Below are positions 50,028 through 59,285 of a stretch of 64,000 nucleotides of DNA, in pieces. Source of the DNA: Bacillota bacterium (GTDB lineage Bacteria > Bacillota > Sulfobacillia > Sulfobacillales > Sulfobacillaceae); assembly GCA_021792935.1 (NCBI GenBank), contig JAJYTS010000001.1, positions 72 through 64,071 of the forward strand, read 5' to 3'. Both the position numbers and the translations under genes were made by a program. The notes below the pieces were generated by a model that was not told where the DNA came from, made no database searches, and was given only the letters and a program-made list of their open reading frames with translations. The first letter of the stretch is position 1; the number at the start of each line of letters is the position of its first letter.

Positions 50028-50728
50028 GGCATCTGCGCCTCCCGCCGAATGTAATAGGCCAACACCGCAAAAACAGCAAAGATGGTAATTCCCACCCCAA
50101 GGATGGTGCCGTCCCCCAGACGGCTGGTGAGCAGTGCTTGATAGAAAGAGGGAACCAAGAGCCGAAATACCGCCAGCACTCCTGCTGGTGCAAATGCCAA
50201 AATTAAAATGGTGGACCGCTGCGTGGCCTCTTCCAATCGGCGCGCTTGCCGGAGCGCGTGTCGATTTTGGATGGCGTCACTTGCCCATTCCGCCACCGGC
50301 AGCAATGATCCGCCGTGGCGACGCACCATCAGCGCAACCTGCGCCAAAAACGAGAGACTCGCCACGCGAAACTGGTTGGCGACGGCCTGCAAGACTTGCT
50401 CCCCGGCGTCGCCTCCCCCCCACTGCGATCTATATCCTAGTTCGTCTAACGCGGCGGCTAAACTCCCTTTCACGCCCAGCATCTGCCGCAGTCGAACCAT
50501 AAATACTAAAGCGGCCTGTTCCGCCTCACCCCGACGCGTTTCCGCTTGGCAGGCATCCCGGTAAAACGCCAGACCCAACCCGATCCAGAGCCCAGACAAC
50601 ATCATCCAGTCATCCTGCATCACCATACCGACCACAAAACCTGTCGCCAGAATCCAGGCGGCCTCTCCTCGCAACCAGACATATACACCCATCCCCACGG
50701 CGGTTGCCTCGACCAAGACCCCCATCAT
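50024..50728 (-). CDS. TadB-like (T2SS F family) membrane platform protein
   Basis: GSLAAALDE, VRRHGGSL, PSFYQALLTSRLG motifs; ATGA-coupled to cpaF. Confidence 0.78.
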   Translation of the reverse strand: MMGVLVEATAVGMGVYVWLRGEAAWILATGFVVGMVMQDDWMMLSGLWIGLGLAFYRDACQAETRRGEAEQAALVFMVRLRQMLGVKGSLAAALDELGYRSQWGGGDAGEQVLQAVANQFRVASLSFLAQVALMVRRHGGSLLPVAEWASDAIQNRHALRQARRLEEATQRSTILILAFAPAGVLAVFRLLVPSFYQALLTSRLGDGTILGVGITIFAVFAVLAYYIRREAQMP

Positions 50729-51912
50729 CCAACGCCATCCCTTTGCAACTCTCCACCATCCCAATGCCAACGCAGATGAAGCGCTTGCGCCCTGACGTCC
50801 ATGACAGTGTCGACCCGGCGGTTCCCCCCCGGTTCTCGCACTAAATAAACGATCACGTCGATGGTGTCCATAATCTGCGCCGTGAGCGACTCAAAGGACA
50901 GTCCCTGAGCCCGCTGCAAGGCCATGCGGGCGAGCCGATGCACGGCCCGCATCCCTCCATCGGCGCAATGTACGGTACAGAGGCTGCCTGGATGGCCACT
51001 ACTCATCGCATCGATAAGGTCAAGCGCCTCTGGCCCGCGCACTTCTCCCACAATTATGCGGTCCGGCCGCATGCGAAGCGCATTGGCCACCAAATCCCGG
51101 ACGGTGAAATGACCAAACGCTTCCAATCTCACGGTGTTAGGATGAGGAACGTTGAGTTCCCGCACATCTTCAATGGTTACCAGACGCTCATCTTGTGCCG
51201 CGCAGCCAACCAACAGCCGCAACAGGGATGTTTTCCCCGAACTGGCGCCGCCCGCGATGATAATATTTTTGCGGGAGCGAACCATAAAGGCCAGATCTTC
51301 CCACAAGTCAGTGCTAATGGAACCGAGGTGAAACCAGTCATCAATCCCCATCAGATTCATGGGGGCACGCCGAATAGTAATGGTGGGAACCTCGCTCACC
51401 GGAGGAAGAACACAATGGATGCGCGAACCATCGCTGAGGCGCGCGTCACATAAGGGAGTCTCCGTATTGAGTTCGCGCCCCGCCCGATTGGCGATGCGGC
51501 GCGCCAGATCCTCCACTTCCTGGCCGTGGTAAAATTCCACGGGGCACGGCTCAATCACTCCGTGCCGCTCAACATAGACATGTTGTCCGTTCACCATAAT
51601 TTCCGTAACGGTATCATCTAAGAGCAAAGGGTCTAAGGGGCCAAGCCCGGTTATCCGATTAATGACCGAACGCCGAAAAAAGGGAAGCAAATGCGACGGG
51701 CAATCGGCGTCGTCGCGCACGACGACATCTAATGCCTCTTCCAATAGCCGTATTCTATCCGCATCCCACACCAGATGGGAAATTCTCTGAGGAAATTCCG
51801 ACTGAAGCCGACCCATCCACCGTGATAACACTGCCTCTCCGTCGGCAACGGCTTCTCCCGCCGCGCCATCCCAAGCGGGAGTCTCTTCCGGGAACCACGC
51901 ATCCCTAGACAT
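50725..51912 (-). CDS. cpaF: CpaF/TadA family pilus assembly ATPase
   Basis: GLGPLDPLLLDDTVTEIMVNG, DARLSDGSR, GGASSGKT, TIEDVREL, ALRMRPDRIIVGEVRGPEA. Confidence 0.93.
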   Translation of the reverse strand: MSRDAWFPEETPAWDGAAGEAVADGEAVLSRWMGRLQSEFPQRISHLVWDADRIRLLEEALDVVVRDDADCPSHLLPFFRRSVINRITGLGPLDPLLLDDTVTEIMVNGQHVYVERHGVIEPCPVEFYHGQEVEDLARRIANRAGRELNTETPLCDARLSDGSRIHCVLPPVSEVPTITIRRAPMNLMGIDDWFHLGSISTDLWEDLAFMVRSRKNIIIAGGASSGKTSLLRLLVGCAAQDERLVTIEDVRELNVPHPNTVRLEAFGHFTVRDLVANALRMRPDRIIVGEVRGPEALDLIDAMSSGHPGSLCTVHCADGGMRAVHRLARMALQRAQGLSFESLTAQIMDTIDVIVYLVREPGGNRRVDTVMDVRAQALHLRWHWDGGELQRDGVG

Positions 51913-51915
51913 TAT

Positions 51916-52875
51916 TTATCCCTTCTTTCTCGGTAAAATGTGAAAACCGCGGCGGCCCGGCGCCGGCGGAAGCGTGGCAGCGGAGGAAAGCGCGACAAAA
52001 CACCATTTGTTGGCTCTGCTACGATCCCTATAGGCCAAGGGCTCCGGGGCGGCGATGAGCCATTGCGCGTCCTGGCGATACAGTCGAATAAACTCTACGG
52101 TTCGCTCCACCAGCCACTCCGGCGTTGCTGCATCGACCCATAGCACAACCCAGGGAATCCGTTGAACCAAATCGACGGTGTAGACATTCATGAGTTCAGG
52201 GCCCAAATACCAGCCCTGCCAGGGCCATTGCTGGCGCACCATCCGCTCTATCCCTCGGGCGTCGGGGAGCACAAGGGCCGGCATCCAAGGTGGTGGAGCC
52301 GGAATTAAAGGGTGCCCCTTAACCATATGAGGGCGGAACTGCTCAAAGCGATACCGACTTTGCCGATGAAGGTCAGGGCACCACTCTAAGCTCAGTTGAG
52401 CGGATTTGAAGTCGAGGTCAACCCATCCGCCCCCCGTTCCATACCTGGCATCGGCCCACTTGGTCAAGAAAGTTACAATAGGGTTGATGGGGCGATAGGG
52501 GAACAGCGAAAATAAGAGCCAACTCTTACCCATGGGCAGCGGCTCCAAAGAACTTTCAGATTGCCACCACTGGCTAAGATGATTCTGGTCAATCTCTCCC
52601 CGCCAAATATCTAAGCCAGGGATAGCGCTTTGAAAGAGCGGGTGTTGAAAATCATGCCCCACCCAGAGTACACAGTGGCGCCCTTCCAAGTCTGTTCTTT
52701 TAAGCCAGTCCAGCGCGTCCGAAAAGCCCTGCAGATTTTGTCCCAACAAAACACGCTCAACCTGGCTCCATCGTGTTAGCACCTCAGCCCAGGACGCCGC
52801 CGAGACCACGTTGGCAGGACTCATCTGCCGGCAATATTGCTCTACACCGGCATGCCCGCTTGCCACTACAATCAT
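51916..52875 (-). CDS. Degenerate CpaE/TadZ-like protein
   Basis: Lies between CpaB and CpaF; residual WVDLDF MinD-like motif; no Walker A. Confidence 0.5.
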   Translation of the reverse strand: MIVVASGHAGVEQYCRQMSPANVVSAASWAEVLTRWSQVERVLLGQNLQGFSDALDWLKRTDLEGRHCVLWVGHDFQHPLFQSAIPGLDIWRGEIDQNHLSQWWQSESSLEPLPMGKSWLLFSLFPYRPINPIVTFLTKWADARYGTGGGWVDLDFKSAQLSLEWCPDLHRQSRYRFEQFRPHMVKGHPLIPAPPPWMPALVLPDARGIERMVRQQWPWQGWYLGPELMNVYTVDLVQRIPWVVLWVDAATPEWLVERTVEFIRLYRQDAQWLIAAPEPLAYRDRSRANKWCFVALSSAATLPPAPGRRGFHILPRKKG

Positions 52876-53423
52876 GACGTCAATCCCACCAATTCGATGG
52901 TGCCACGGCCGCGCAATGCCTCAAAACCTAGCGCCTCATGAATGGGCATGGCCACGTCAATACTGGCGGGAAGCCCCACGCCGCTACTTTTGCTCACAAC
53001 CGGAACAGGCCCCGATTGCCATTTCACCTGCTGGCCGGTTTTCAATAAAATGTCGACCTCGCTGCCCGTCTTCGCCACCGCCTCATCTACGGCGCTAGTA
53101 GGGGCCACAGCTACCAAAACAACGTCTTGGGCATAATGGCCAACATCTTGCGGGCTTATCAATTCCCCGGGAAACAGATCGGTGTTGGCAAATCCCCGTA
53201 GTTGCCGCAAAGATACCCGGTGGAGCCTTTGCTCAGGAATCCAACGGATGTCCTGAGCCCGAATGGGTCCCCCCTTGGCCACGAACGTTTTGACCACCGG
53301 AACAAATATGGATATGGCGGCGGTTTTGGAATGAGCCAAGCTCAAAACGCCAAACACCACAGCGCTAATGGCAAGCGCTACCAGGCCAGCTCGGCGCTGC
53401 AACCGTTCTCGCAAACCCTTCAT
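52872..53423 (-). CDS. SAF-domain CpaB/RcpC-like protein
   Basis: N-terminal TM, VPVVKTFVAKGGPIRAQDI, ANTDLFPGELI, GSEVDIL. Confidence 0.75.
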   Translation of the reverse strand: MKGLRERLQRRAGLVALAISAVVFGVLSLAHSKTAAISIFVPVVKTFVAKGGPIRAQDIRWIPEQRLHRVSLRQLRGFANTDLFPGELISPQDVGHYAQDVVLVAVAPTSAVDEAVAKTGSEVDILLKTGQQVKWQSGPVPVVSKSSGVGLPASIDVAMPIHEALGFEALRGRGTIELVGLTS

Positions 53424-55099
53424 GATTGCCTTCCCCCCTCTCCCACATTCGCCAACAATAATTGCTCACGGCGAGACGCCACAATCCGGATGGGCACATG
53501 ATCGTCACCCAACACCAGAAGCCCTTCCCCTAACCCGGCGGTCTCGATAATGCGCACTTCCCCTTCATGAAGCCGCATTAATTGCGCCACCTCCGCCAGG
53601 CTTTCGGGGTGCTGGCGCAAAAGCAATGTCATAGGAGCATTGCGAAGACATACTTCCGCTGCTCGATTTCTTGTGAAGTCCCCAATGTCTTGCGACAACA
53701 ACGAGATCGCCGTACCCCATTTCCTTGCCCGACGGAACAACTCTTCCAGATAGGCGGCGCTTTCTCCATCGTTAAGCAAATGCCAGGCTTCATCAAAAAT
53801 CAGCAGTCGTCGCACCGCCTCAGACCCCATACGGCGCATGAGCCATTCGGTTAAGGCTAGATAGGCAGGACCCTTCATGGCATCGCTTAAGTGGCTGCAG
53901 TCATACACCTCAAATTGGCCATGATCACGCCGAGAGCCAGTTCCTACTGAGGATCTCCACCTTTGGTACGCGAGCTCTAGGCGTTGACATGCCCGCGGGC
54001 TGTCTACTCCCAACTCCTGCAGCAATTCCGCGATGTCTACCTGGCCAGATTGGTCGGGAATAAAGCGCGACCGATTTCCGCGCAAAATCCGCCAAAGCGC
54101 GTCATGAACCAAGCCGCCGTATTCCGTCATGAGTTCCGGGGATAAGCGTTTCAGGAGACGAAGTAGAAAATCGGCTTGACGGGCACCTTCATCTATGTCT
54201 TGAGACATGGGCAATATAAAAGGATCATAGGGGAACCCGGCCTGGCTTGAATTCCCCCCTCCCAGTTTCCAGACGGTAGCGCCCACGTCTTGCAGCATTG
54301 CATACTCTCCTTCAGGATCTACGATGCTTATAGCCCATCCCCGATAACGGGAACGTAGGGCTTCCAGTTTCGCAGCAAAGCTCTTGCCAGCGCCCGACCA
54401 GCCGATGGTGATAGAATGAGGAGACGCAAGCTGAAACCTATCGGCAACGATGAAGTTGCGACTGATGGGATTAACTCCGAGAACTTGACCTTTGGGATGC
54501 ACCACGTCTTGTGATGAGAAAGGAAACAGCGTCGACCAAGCGCGGCTGTCCATCTCCCGCGTCTTATCACTTGGCTCCCCCAACGGCAGACCGCGTTTGA
54601 GTCCAATTTCCTGCTGATAGCGCAATAAGCGCACTGTCAAAAGCATGCTTTGGGCGAGACTTTCCAACAGCCGGCTGGTATTTTCAAGAGTTTCCAGGTC
54701 GGAGGCCCATAAGGTAATGATGAGCCCCACCTCTATCATGCGGATTTCACCCTTGGCCAGGTCTAGCCGCACTTTTTCGGCATCCTCCAAAGCGACCGCT
54801 CGCTCCGCGCGGCCGACTCGTCCTTGGGCGCGATCAGCGTCCTGCGAACCGCGGTGCCAAATCATACGGCGGCTCATAGTTCGCACCGCCTCCCCACTAT
54901 CCACGGGGGCACTGCGAAAAACCATGGATATGGGCTGCGGAAATCCTAACAGCGGCTCCAGCCACCCCGGCCGTACGTCGCGCGGATACCCCACCACCGT
55001 GTAGCTGCGCGCATATCGCGAACCGACCTCGGCGTAGGTGGGTAGAATCCTTAGATGAGAAGGCCAAACAATGTCAACCGGGTCGGACTTTTTACTCAT
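53420..55099 (-). CDS. virB4: VirB4-like conjugal transfer ATPase
   Basis: GWSGAGKS, IVDPEGEY, LLIFDEAWHLL, LFRRARKWG, SQDIGDF, GEGLL. Confidence 0.9.
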   Translation of the reverse strand: MSKKSDPVDIVWPSHLRILPTYAEVGSRYARSYTVVGYPRDVRPGWLEPLLGFPQPISMVFRSAPVDSGEAVRTMSRRMIWHRGSQDADRAQGRVGRAERAVALEDAEKVRLDLAKGEIRMIEVGLIITLWASDLETLENTSRLLESLAQSMLLTVRLLRYQQEIGLKRGLPLGEPSDKTREMDSRAWSTLFPFSSQDVVHPKGQVLGVNPISRNFIVADRFQLASPHSITIGWSGAGKSFAAKLEALRSRYRGWAISIVDPEGEYAMLQDVGATVWKLGGGNSSQAGFPYDPFILPMSQDIDEGARQADFLLRLLKRLSPELMTEYGGLVHDALWRILRGNRSRFIPDQSGQVDIAELLQELGVDSPRACQRLELAYQRWRSSVGTGSRRDHGQFEVYDCSHLSDAMKGPAYLALTEWLMRRMGSEAVRRLLIFDEAWHLLNDGESAAYLEELFRRARKWGTAISLLSQDIGDFTRNRAAEVCLRNAPMTLLLRQHPESLAEVAQLMRLHEGEVRIIETAGLGEGLLVLGDDHVPIRIVASRREQLLLANVGEGGRQS

Positions 55100-55692
55100 C
55101 GTGACTGCCACACCCAGTTGGTGCCCCGAGGTAAAGTCTGCCCACCGCCCAAACTGGCGTAGAGAAATCGAAAGAGACCATCACGCTCCAGAGTTTTCAC
55201 CCGTATACCCATGGGTTTTAGACTCGCCGCAATAATATCGCGTCGCCGCTCCAATTCCATTTCCGCTTCATCCCACAGCACTTCTCCCCGCCGCAAAGGA
55301 CGTGATCGGGAATCAGACCCCTCCCAAGACAGGATAATGAAAAACCGCCGTCGCACCAGATTCTGTAGATTGGCGGTTTCCTGCAAAAACTCAATGTAAT
55401 CCCCTAGCGAGGGCCTAAGGTGAGGCTCGACATCCTCTTCCCGCAGCTTCAAGTCACCTAAGTACTCATCGATTCGCACGTGATCCGAACGAACCAATAT
55501 CTCCACCGGGAAGCTTAACCCATTTAAGAAAGCGGTATAAGCGGTGACCAACCTTTCCTGGTCTCTGTGCGAACGGAGCCCAAAGTTTACCGGAACCGCC
55601 TCGAACACCGCAGAAAACCGGTCGCGTCCAACCAAGCAAATGCTTGGTCCAATAGCCCGGATCGGAAAAACTTGACTTATGCGTGCAGCCAT
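55096..55692 (-). CDS. VirB4-associated protein (TrsD/PrgI C-terminal-like)
   Basis: PVNFGLRS..DQE....YTAFLNGLSFPVEILVRS, RRFFIIL pattern typical of the gene preceding VirB4 in Gram-positive T4SS. Confidence 0.7.
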   Translation of the reverse strand: MAARISQVFPIRAIGPSICLVGRDRFSAVFEAVPVNFGLRSHRDQERLVTAYTAFLNGLSFPVEILVRSDHVRIDEYLGDLKLREEDVEPHLRPSLGDYIEFLQETANLQNLVRRRFFIILSWEGSDSRSRPLRRGEVLWDEAEMELERRRDIIAASLKPMGIRVKTLERDGLFRFLYASLGGGQTLPRGTNWVWQSR

Positions 55693-55746
55693 TCCCACAC
55701 ACCTCACGTTTCTCAATTAATAAAAGTGGTTGTGTTTAATCCGCTC

Positions 55747-56022
55747 CTAGGGCAGATATAAATGCGGTTTGAGCCGAAACATTACGTAGCGGGCGAACCA
55801 TTCCGGCAGTGTGACGTCTTGAATTCGCGCCGTGGCCAGAAGAATCCCCATCACTGCCAAACTTGCCATTGCCACCAATCGCCCAGTGATTGAAAACTCC
55901 CACCCATGCCACACCGCGACATCGGCCAACCCGGAACCTGCCAGCCAAGGTAGCTGAGACAGCCGCAGGCCAAACAATACCTCTGGTTCCGAGGTTAGCG
56001 GCACATAAATGGTTCGAATCAT
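55747..56022 (-). CDS. PrgI family (VirB3-like) protein
   Basis: EPEVLFGLRLSQL, two TM, TLPEWFARYVMFRLKPHLY. Confidence 0.78.
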   Translation of the reverse strand: MIRTIYVPLTSEPEVLFGLRLSQLPWLAGSGLADVAVWHGWEFSITGRLVAMASLAVMGILLATARIQDVTLPEWFARYVMFRLKPHLYLP

Positions 56023-56813
56023 CTCCATAATCTATTCCCCCCTGCCGCAATACCCACTAGCCGCCGCAACTGCCCCGGAAGTTTGGTCATGTACCATAAC
56101 AACGCTAATTCCATCAAGACTCCAGCCATTCCCCATTGATGGCCAGATGACATAAGATGCACCGCCAGCCAAAATGCGCCAGCATGAAAAGACTGAATAA
56201 AAATCACGACGCCTAGTTCCCGCGCGATGTTTGTCAGAGCTGAATCATTGTCCTGCGCGGCCCACCATAAGGCGAACCAGGGAATAGCCGCTGTCAACAA
56301 GAAAATCTCAATGGTTCGCACCGCGTAAAAAAGTCCAAGATAAAGCATGAGAAGCAACATGGCGCTGCCTACCAACAAAACCACCAGAGGAGAGAGCGCG
56401 CCACCCGTGGCGGGCAAACCGGGTGTCCAATTTAAAGCCTCCTGCAAAAGAGATAAGACCACACCGTTGTTAATATCTAAAGCCGCTTTCACCAGCCATA
56501 GCCCCGTTAAGCTGATAAAGCCCGCCGTAACCAGCCGCTCTAAATACAAGGGAGCCGACATGCGCCGCCAAGACCAGCTAAGCTGCGGCCACATGCTTTT
56601 TAGGGATACGCTTACCATGATCACCACCACCAAACTCCCGGCCAAATCACGGCTTAGATTATAAAAATGAGTCACGATCGACGGCCAACTTAGCGGGTGA
56701 AGCACGGTTGACGACATCCAACTCCCGGACAAGTCCACCACTTGCCGCCACATCCAACCAGATATCGCGTCAACCGCCTCCACGACGGGGTCAATATGCA
56801 AAATGGTGCTCAT
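56019..56813 (-). CDS. VirB6/TrbL-like polytopic membrane protein
   Basis: ALDINN, YAVRTIEIFLLTAAIP, VIFIQSFHA, MTKLPGQL. Confidence 0.78.
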   Translation of the reverse strand: MSTILHIDPVVEAVDAISGWMWRQVVDLSGSWMSSTVLHPLSWPSIVTHFYNLSRDLAGSLVVVIMVSVSLKSMWPQLSWSWRRMSAPLYLERLVTAGFISLTGLWLVKAALDINNGVVLSLLQEALNWTPGLPATGGALSPLVVLLVGSAMLLLMLYLGLFYAVRTIEIFLLTAAIPWFALWWAAQDNDSALTNIARELGVVIFIQSFHAGAFWLAVHLMSSGHQWGMAGVLMELALLWYMTKLPGQLRRLVGIAAGGNRLWR

Positions 56814-57043
56814 GAAACGACGTACTGAATTAGCTGCCTTAACATATCCACCATGAGAACTAGCCCCAACCCCATTGCCGCCCGGGCCATCAACTCTTTA
56901 CTACTCTGCACCGCGCGGGAATTATGCGATAGCATAAAGCGAATAGCGCCATAGACCATCACTAAGGTAAAAATTCCACCAGCCAGATCGACCAATATGC
57001 CTGTCAATCGGGTAATGGCCGAAACCAGTGACGCATCAGGCAT
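56810..57043 (-). CDS. VirB2/TrbC-like T4SS pilin
   Basis: 77 aa, two hydrophobic helices with YGAIRFMLS...SSKELMARAAMGLGLV loop; GGAGGG RBS; no type IV prepilin G|FxxxE site. Confidence 0.72.
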   Translation of the reverse strand: MPDASLVSAITRLTGILVDLAGGIFTLVMVYGAIRFMLSHNSRAVQSSKELMARAAMGLGLVLMVDMLRQLIQYVVS

Positions 57044-57058
57044 GGTAGTCCCTCCAAC

Positions 57059-57090
57059 AAAAAAAGGTCGGTGAGGTTGTCCTCACCGAC
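57059..57090 (-). terminator. Intrinsic terminator immediately upstream of the pilin RBS
   Basis: Perfect 10-bp stem GTCGGTGAGG-ACAA-CCTCACCGAC, then C and T7, ending 3 nt before GGAGGG. Confidence 0.8.
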
Positions 57091-57130
57091 AATATTGCGA
57101 CGTCTCGACCGTGAATTCCCTGTCAAAATT

Positions 57131-57220
57131 TTCGACGAAGATCGACAATTCCACCAAACTAGACGGCGGTAGATTTCACGCCGCGCTTCAATCTCAGGGA
57201 TAAGTCGACGGTTATCGACA
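57131..57220 (-). promoter_or_regulatory. Two tandem Spo0A-box-like pairs
   Basis: TGTCGAT-aac-CGTCGAC (57220-57204) and TGTCGAT-ctt-CGTCGAA (57147-57131) versus the 0A consensus TGNCGAA. Confidence 0.5.
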
Positions 57221-57258
57221 TTTTTACATAAATCATCCATTTTTCCGACAGTGCGTCC

Positions 57259-57744
57259 CTAAGAGAAACGCCGTCTATGCTTGAGGCGATCTTGACGCCG
57301 CGCTTCCGCCGCATGAAAACGCTCTTTTTCCTCCAGGGATAGGAGAAGCAGAGGAGGCACCGCCACCGGTTGTCCCTGTGAATTCAACGCCACAAAGGTT
57401 AAAAATGCCGTTGACGTTTTCCGCCGTTCCCCGGTGTCCATATTTTCACCGTAGACCTCGACGCCGACTTCCATCGACGTTCTTCCCGCCCAATTCACTT
57501 GTGCCACAAGATGCACGACCTCCCCCACCTGAATGGAGTGGAGAAACTCCAGGCTATCCATAGAGGCCGTGACTGATACATGGCCGGCATGGCGGTTGGC
57601 GGTAACCGCAGCCGCTAAGTCAATCCAATGCATCAACCGTCCACCCAGCAGCTTCCCCAATTGATTGGAATCGCTAGGAAGCACTAACTCTGTCATTTCC
57701 GTGCGCGATTGCGCTACGGCCTTTCCCTCCGTTGCCGCCACCAT
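57259..57744 (-). CDS. Acyl-CoA thioesterase (HotDog, YkhA/YciA type)
   Basis: VLPSDSN..GKLLGGRLMHWID, VTASMD, GRTSMEVGV. Confidence 0.93.
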   Translation of the reverse strand: MVAATEGKAVAQSRTEMTELVLPSDSNQLGKLLGGRLMHWIDLAAAVTANRHAGHVSVTASMDSLEFLHSIQVGEVVHLVAQVNWAGRTSMEVGVEVYGENMDTGERRKTSTAFLTFVALNSQGQPVAVPPLLLLSLEEKERFHAAEARRQDRLKHRRRFS

Positions 57745-57843
57745 TGACACCTCCGCATAAGCTTGGCCCACGAGGCCAAGCTACCTTCGCCTAATTTCAA
57801 TACCAGAACAAAAGCAGGCTTGTCAAACGGAAAGGAGAGTTTC

Positions 57844-59277
57844 GTGCATACCAACCTCAAACACCCGGGTCGGCTCGCCCATAAGCCGCGTACGTCCCAT
57901 CAGGCTTTCCACCACGATTTGAGCTCATCCGCCCTGACTTTGCTCACCGTGGGCGGAGTGATGGGCTCCGGCTTGTTTATGGCCAGCGGGCTAGCCATCC
58001 AACACGCGGGGCCTATTATTCTACCGTTGTTCGCGCTCGGGTGGCTTCTTATGACTATTGAAATTAATGCCCTGGCGGAAATGTCTATCGCGACACCCAC
58101 GCCCGGCTCATTCATTGTCTTTACCCGTGAGGTGTTGGGGCCGGGGTGGACCTTCGTATCGGGATGGGTATTTTGGTTTTCCAGCGTATTAACCATGTCG
58201 AGCGAGGTTACGGCCGCGGCCCTCTTTTCCCGCTATTGGTTTCCGGGAATGGCGCTTTGGATATGGTCGCTCCTCTATTCCGCCCTTATTATCGGGCTAA
58301 ACTTTATTAGTGTGCGTGGCTTTGGCGAAGTCGAAAGTTTTATGGCTGGAACCAAAATCTTGGCGGTGTTAGGGTTCATCGCCACGGGCCTGCTCATTCT
58401 CCTGCATGCCCTGCCCGCCCGACACCCTCTGCCGTCCCTCAGCGGTATGCTGGGGCAGAATGGGGGGTGGTTTCCCCATGGCTGGTCCGGCGCCCTTCCC
58501 GCTATGATTCTGGTTTTGTTTGCCTATGCCGGCACGGGCGTAATCGGACTTGCCGCGGCAGAGTCAAAAAACCCGCATCGCACGGTGAAACGGGCCGTCT
58601 CTAACACGGTGCTGTTAATCTTGTTTCTATACCTCGGATCAATATTTATTATTTTGGCCCTCACCCCCTGGCATCAACAGTCGGACAGAATCAGCCCTTT
58701 CGTGCTGGCCCTGCACACGAGCACTCTACCCGACGTCAGTTTAGTCATGAATGTTGTGTTGCTCTTAGCCGTTTTATCCACCATGAATGCCGCGTTGTAT
58801 TCCAACGTACGCGTTCTCTATTCTCTCTCCCAACAAAAGCAGGCCCCCCGGTGGCTGGGCCGATTAAATTCTCGGGGGCTTCCCACCCATGCCATATGGG
58901 CTAGCGCCGCACTATTAGGTCTCACCATTATTTTGGCCTATGTACTCCCCAAAAAAGCCTATAGCTATCTGGTTACCGCCACCGGCTTTCAAGCCATGTT
59001 TATCTGGCTCATGGTGCTTCTCACCCAGCGCTTCTATCGCCCATACCTTGAGCGGCGCCACCCAGAAAAACTGATGCATAAACTGTGGGGATTCCCTTAC
59101 ACCACCTACTTCGCCATGGCTTTGGTATTAGCGGCGATGGCCGTTTCTCCTTTAGCTAAAGGAGAACTGCCGGGCGCGTTGGTGGGTGTGGGCGGGATTG
59201 CGGTGGCATTTGCGGCCTGGCTTTTAATGCGGGATCGAATAGCAACAGACGCGAACAACTCCCAGGAAAAGTCGTAG
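57844..59277 (+). CDS. Amino acid permease (AAT/GabP-like)
   Basis: GGVMGSGLF, FGEVES, FAYAGT, SPFV, STMNAALY. Confidence 0.92.
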   Translation: MHTNLKHPGRLAHKPRTSHQAFHHDLSSSALTLLTVGGVMGSGLFMASGLAIQHAGPIILPLFALGWLLMTIEINALAEMSIATPTPGSFIVFTREVLGPGWTFVSGWVFWFSSVLTMSSEVTAAALFSRYWFPGMALWIWSLLYSALIIGLNFISVRGFGEVESFMAGTKILAVLGFIATGLLILLHALPARHPLPSLSGMLGQNGGWFPHGWSGALPAMILVLFAYAGTGVIGLAAAESKNPHRTVKRAVSNTVLLILFLYLGSIFIILALTPWHQQSDRISPFVLALHTSTLPDVSLVMNVVLLLAVLSTMNAALYSNVRVLYSLSQQKQAPRWLGRLNSRGLPTHAIWASAALLGLTIILAYVLPKKAYSYLVTATGFQAMFIWLMVLLTQRFYRPYLERRHPEKLMHKLWGFPYTTYFAMALVLAAMAVSPLAKGELPGALVGVGGIAVAFAAWLLMRDRIATDANNSQEKS

Positions 59278-59285
59278 TTCTCCCC

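Noticed and set aside
43291-57043. Interpretation as an intact ICE or prophage
   Set aside because: No integrase, relaxase, VirD4, att repeats or phage genes seen in the window.
57004-57240. 78-aa minus ORF in the T4SS/Tad leader
   Set aside because: Weak RBS, runs through the terminator and overlaps the pilin out of frame; a leader-peptide role cannot be supported.
57091-57258. Known riboswitch (c-di-GMP I/II, c-di-AMP, SAM-I, T-box) in the operon leader
   Set aside because: Signature motifs not found by eye; needs an Infernal scan.
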